A DNA stretch of 64,000 bases from the human T2T-CHM13v2.0 reference genome, Homo sapiens, in NCBI RefSeq assembly GCF_009914755.1, contig NC_060925.1; one strand, written 5' to 3'. Below the pieces are notes generated by a model. The model made no database searches. It saw only the letters and a list, made by a program, of their open reading frames with translations, and had not been told where the DNA came from. The translations under genes were made by a program, and so were the position numbers. Of this stretch, positions 58,446 to 64,000 are shown in pieces. Position 1 is the first letter of the stretch, and the number at the start of each line of letters is the position of its first letter.

Positions 58446-60338
58446 CATTCCATCATGAACTACACATATATCTGCTGTATTTCATAGCAATGAAAGACTT
58501 TTGCTCTGAAAGCTAATAAGCAAGGTTTATCATCCTTGGGAATTTCCCAGAGGTCTGATATTGATCCTAAGACTGGTTGAGTCAGAATTGCTGTATTTGT
58601 TTGCTCAAAGCTTCAACAATGAAATGAATCTTGTGTTCATAATTGCCTATTATGTTTGGTCTATTTTGCACTGCAAAAACTTAAGAACAAGAGCTCACAA
58701 AGATGATTCCAGACCTTTTAGAATACTTTCAACTAAAGCAGTTTCAGTTTAGGTTATATCTCTGTTGAAACCAGCATAGAAAAAAGATTTTGGATCTTGT
58801 AGAGAGAGAGAAAAGATCATTCACTCATTTCTTGCTTTATTTGGATTAATGTCTTATATACAAATATAAATGATAAAAACTATTTGCTTCTGAGTCTGCT
58901 AAATGGATGGTAAATTCATGGATAATTGAGATTTGGGCATACATAATTCCCAACCCCATATTTATAAGTATTGTTTTAAAGTAAGAAAACTCAGGAAGTA
59001 TTAAATGAAAATAAAAATAGAGTTCTTTAGATTTCTGAGGAGTGAGGGATGTTAGCAAAAGTCTGCTTCCTTAACAGGGAACTAAAAACCATATGTACAT
59101 AAATGTTATATCATTTTCCAAAAGATGAAGTGAGTTAAGGCATATAAAACAGTTAGAACAGGGCTTTGCCTAAAGCAAGAATATTACTATTCTTATTCTA
59201 TCATATGTCCAAGAGAACAAAGATGGGATTATATTCATATATCTATAATAAAAAAACACATCAATAAAAAACTACACGTTTCATATTGCTGAAGGATCAT
59301 ATACTTAATGAAAATACATCAGTTAACTTAGTCTGATATTGATTAAGGGAAATCCAACATCTATTTTAAAATACTAAACATTTTAAAATTCACTTTGAGG
59401 TTTTAAATCTCAATTATATACAAAGCAAGCATATGAGGACTTTTGATATGTTTATTATAAAACAACCCCAAGTGATAAATAATTATAAATGTTATATTTT
59501 TTACTAAACACTAATAACCTGGATTCTAAAACATTATAATGCTCAAAGTATATGTTTAAACATGCTATTTCGTCATCATTTAGCAAGACTAACCCTATTT
59601 TCTTTCCTTAAACTATAAATTTGTGGGTGGGTTCTGACAATAAGGATAAAAAATTCCTACACATGGTAAATCAATCCCTCTTTTGGCCCCATCATATTCA
59701 AATTTCATTTATCTGAAATCCAAAAGATTTAAAAGGTCAAAAACACCTAATTTCTACTCTAATGTCTACCACCCCAAATGAGGTAATTAATGTCCAGAGA
59801 AGGAAATTGACCGGTTTTTTTGTCTGAGGAATGGTGGAGGAGAGGAGTGACCAGAACTCAGGCTTTTAGCCTCCTTTTTATGAAAAAACATAACATTTAA
59901 GTAATGTTATGAAGTTAGTGTAGAGATAGCCTAATTTCTTCCAACTTTTTAATTTACTTTAAAAGAAAATAGATGTTCATAGTACATTCATCAAAATATT
60001 ATAAACTGTTAAAATCTTTGGAATTATCAAAGATTACATTACATTCAGAATAACTTTAATGATAAGTATTTATTTTAATTTTAGTACACTCTATTTGTTT
60101 TCTAAAAGGATTTGCGTTGTTGTACAATAATAGGACATACACCTTAAGGTTAATAAAATAAGAATAGGTGGAAGTCAGGGAAACTAGTAAAGGGTAAAAT
60201 GAAGGCATTTCATATGCTAAATTCTATGCATTAGCATAAGTCTTGTGTTGGAGAGTAAAATTTGACTGTGAACCTCCATGTTGTCAATGCAAAACAGTTA
60301 TACAACCCTTGTCAAAAGGAGGAAGTCTGTTAATTCTA

Positions 60339-60404
60339 AAAGGCATAGAAACTGTCACCTGACTCTAAATTAAAGGCATAGAAACTGTCACCTGACTCTA
60401 AATT
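60339..60404. repeat. Perfect 33-bp tandem duplication
   Basis: aaaggcatagaaactgtcacctgactctaaatt x2. Confidence 0.97.
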
Positions 60405-60742
60405 CTTAAAGGAATTCCTAACCTGACCTTTTATATAAATGAGACTAAATGACATTATGGACATTGTGTTAAGTTTTTTTTCATTAAATACGTGAGGATA
60501 TTTTATATGTAGTGCTAAGTACATTTTTTAGACTTGAATTTTCTAAGAATGTTTAATTGAGACTCAGGTAAATTCAGAACACTGCTACCTACCTATTCAT
60601 TCAGAACAAATAAGAGTTTAACATATGATGCCCATATTGCCTTCAAAAAGTTTGAAAGGGTTCTTTGTACAGTGGGTATATGTATTTTTTTTACTTTGAA
60701 GAGTCTGTTTTAAATTATGAACTTAATGATTTAGATGCTGTT

Positions 60743-61238
60743 TATAATGGTTTAAAACGTTTCTACAAATTCTTTGACATTTTCTTATGGAGAAGCTGGG
60801 CTGGCCTTAGTGACTCATTTGTAGCTAATAGAAATTAATGGAAGTTATGCTGGGTGACTTATGAGGCCCGGTCATAAAAAAAAACGATGCACACATGGAA
60901 GAAGTCTGAGTACGCTGAAACTGCCACGTTGTTAGGAAGTCCAGGACAAAAGGAGAGGCTGTGTGTAGGTACTCCCATCAACAGCCCCAAACCAAGCGTC
61001 AGATAAGTAAGTGAAGTCACCTCTAGATAGCTCTGCCCAAGTTCTCTACCAAGAGATCTAGTCATTCAATTCTTCTCAGCTTATGTGCCAGATATTGTGA
61101 TGCCAAGAAGAGCCAGTCACATTGTATACTTCTGAAAGTTTGGACTTACAGAATCCTTGTTAAGTTAAATAAAATGGTTGTTTAAGCTGCTAAATTTTGA
61201 AGGGATTTTTTTTTTTAACACAGTAACAGTAACTAATG
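60743..61238 (+). mobile_element. MaLR solo LTR, MLT1G/H-like
   Basis: 'acaaattctttgaca', 'gggctggccttagtgactc', 'aataaaatggttgtttaagc'. Confidence 0.7.
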
Positions 61239-62339
61239 GATTGTTAAAATAAATTCTGCATTTACCATGGAAAATATCTACTGTGAGAATTTCAAAAATG
61301 AGGAACATGAGGAGATCTGAGATTAGATAGTTTCATTTCTGTAAATCTGAATAGTGATTTAGGAAATTTATTCACATTTCTGAATTAAGAAGAAATACAA
61401 ACAATTTACTTTTCCTGAATGAAAAAATTTATGTAGAGGTGCCAATTTATTTTTTCTGAATGAAATAAAATAAAACTAGCTGATGTTGAAGAGGTTGTTG
61501 AGGTTAGAACTACAGCACAATTCCCAGAGTGTGAAGACTCTTAGGCCCTGATATATTAATAAAGGTGGTTCAGAGATCCCTTTCCTTGAGTATTTTACCT
61601 CTAGATCTATAACACTAGAGTCCATCCACTGCATTCTTTATGAGCATAGTGTTCTCAGAGAGTTCCTTTTCATTTTATCACTTCAATAATGCATTATGGA
61701 AGGAGCACTGTAGACATTGTAGGCATAACAGATTGTTGCACAGACCACTTGCTGCCATCTGGTGTGCCACTGACTGCAAATGAGTCTCTTCTGGGGCAGC
61801 ATAAATATTTTCCCTTTTGTAGCCAAACAAAATATTTTATTTTCAACTCATGACTCTACAGTGGGTCTTAATTATGATTTCCAAAGAAGAAATTGAAACA
61901 GTGAAAGAAGTTTTAGAGACTATATCTATCAATATCTCTATTTGTTTATTTGTATTAGTTATCTAGCATTTATTTTTATCTATCTATTGATATGTAATCC
62001 TGAAGTGTTAATTGGCTATATGCAACATAATGGTAGACTGTTTTTCTGCCTTTTCTTTGAATGTGTTCTACAATTGGACTAAAAACTATTTTATTTCATG
62101 ATTGCAGTGAGTTCTCCTTTCCTATGACTTTTGCAGAATTAAAATTATAAAACGGTTTCTGAAAAACTATAAGAAACAAGAGAAATAATTTATTGTAACT
62201 TCTAGTTTTTTCTAGAATAATCTCCAAATTTCCTCCTTCTTACCCCATCACAGAACCAAATAAAACTTGTGCCATATCCTAAAACTGCCAACTCCTTTTA
62301 TAATTCCATGATTTCTATATGCTGCATCTATAATTAGAA

Positions 62340-63590
62340 ATCTTCCCATCCCGTCCCCTTAAAAAACATTCTCCTTCAAATCCTAAATAAAATGTCATGT
62401 CCTCTATGAAGCCTTGTCAAAGTTAGTTGTTCATATACAGCACCTTGGTTTACCACTCTTCTAAAGGATTCATCACATTGAACTGCAATTGTTTATTTAT
62501 CCATTGTTTCCTGCATCAGAGCAACCTGAACATAAGGAACTGTGTCTAAGTTACTTTTGTACTTGTAGTGCTCAATAAATTTTGCTGCAGAAAATACTGT
62601 GTTGATTGGTGGCACTAAGGTTTTAGGGTTTTACTTTCATCTGGGCCCTCAGAACTACTCAGTAGTTCTTTATTCATTCCCAGTTGTACCAGGATGTTCC
62701 TGGGCCTTTCTCCTTTCCTCCTCCTCACACCTAGTTGACAATTTATCACCCTCTTCCTAGGAAAAATATACGTGGAATTTATTTAATTTACTCCTCTCTC
62801 TCCAAAAATGTATGCATTACAGTTATCATTTCAACTTATTTCATTTGTTCCTTTACATTGCTCCATTCCGAGGCCAAGTCTTTCACTTTGCACTATCCAA
62901 TATTCTCACAACTGCTCTTATAATCAATCAACTCTTCCACCTGTTTTCTCTCCCTTTCCATTGACAATATACTTTCTACATCCATAAAGCCAAAGAAAGC
63001 AAATCTTCACAATGAAAATAAAGGTCTAATTAAAACCCAAACCATTCATTTAACTAAGCACCACCTTCAAAGTTCTTCCCTATCTCCCTCCTTCCTTCCT
63101 GCACTCTTTTCCTAAAAATACCACCTGCACCTCCTGTATTCACTTTGTCAGATTCCCCATTCTCTTCTGAATCTGTTGAACCTGGCTCCTGTTCCCATCA
63201 TTTCCATGAAACTCTTTTGATCAGATCAATTATAGTCTATGCATATCCAGAGTGTATTCTACATGATCTTGCAACTTTTAGATGCTGGTGACCTTGGACT
63301 TCTTGCCATCTCTCCTTATCAGTATTCTTTTCTGGTTCTCATCTCTGACAACATCTTTTTTCTTCTATTCTTATCTCCTTCTCTTCTGCTTGCCCCTGAA
63401 TGCTACAACACTGAGGGTTCTGTCCTCCTTCATCACTTTATCTCACCCACTCCTATGGCTTCAGTTTATCATCACTGTGTTGATAAATTCCAAACTGGAT
63501 TCTCTGGCCCAGATTTTTCTTCTTAGTTCTAGATCTACATTTCCATTACTTACTGAACTTCTACAAGCAAAAATGTATCCTTTTTTCTAT
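62340..63590 (+). mobile_element. Degenerate L2 fragments
   Basis: 'tcctctatgaagcctt', 'gtgctcaataaat', 'catttccatgaaactctt', 'atggcttcagtttatcatc'. Confidence 0.5.
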
Positions 63591-64000
63591 AACCAAACTT
63601 ACTGTCTAGTAGCAGAAACTTTCAGATTAGTGTCAGTTGATTCATAGTTTATCCCTCAGCCACTTATCTCTGAGGTTGCCTTTAAGTTCCAGGGGCATAA
63701 ATGGGTATGGTGAGAGGGAGAAAAATATGAGGTTCTCTGTAGTCTATGGCTATTCTTGCTGTTACCTGTCTCGCAGCCTCATAAATGTTGGTTCCTTTTC
63801 ATCAGAGCATGTCCTAGTGATCTGAGATAGCTATATTTCTATCTAGTCTTCGGCATTCACTTAGACAATTTACTCTCCACTCATTTGTAACATGACACAG
63901 CTCTCCTGGCCCTCAGTCATTTGCTTCTGAGACTCCCAGTGTAGACATGAAAATATTCTGATTCTCTTTCATGCCACCCTGGGGACTGGGAGATTGATGC

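Noticed and set aside
62651-62669. 9-bp-arm palindrome (also 8-bp arms at 56092-56116 and ~60213-60238)
   Set aside because: Arm lengths near chance expectation for 64 kb of AT-rich DNA

Overview
Primate (very likely human) AT-rich non-coding genomic DNA, intronic or intergenic. I recognise no host protein-coding exon, RNA gene or CpG island; the only ORFs with a recognisable product are dead L1 ORF2 fragments. Roughly half the window is transposon-derived: a near-full-length old L1MA, an internally deleted L1M, three young L1PA pieces (one twin-primed/inverted), 11 Alus, about 14 solo LTRs (including a three-level nest), MER2/MER58/MER94 DNA transposons, and MIR/L2 relics. Beyond the repeat catalogue the best observations are: (1) a strong minus-strand candidate recursive splice site (long AG-free pyrimidine tract + CAG|GTAAGG) with a second donor 19 nt downstream; (2) three independent non-tandem local 'copy-paste' insertions of 77-265 bp, one with fold-back and iterated-synthesis junctions; (3) an unexplained ~71-nt pre-miRNA-like hairpin and perfect palindromes; (4) a pure (GAA)35 and a G-rich pentamer tract, both grown from Alu tails; (5) an LTR10 with two intact AP-1 sites. 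Repeat subfamily names come from my recollection of consensus sequences, not from a search, and boundaries without TSDs are approximate.
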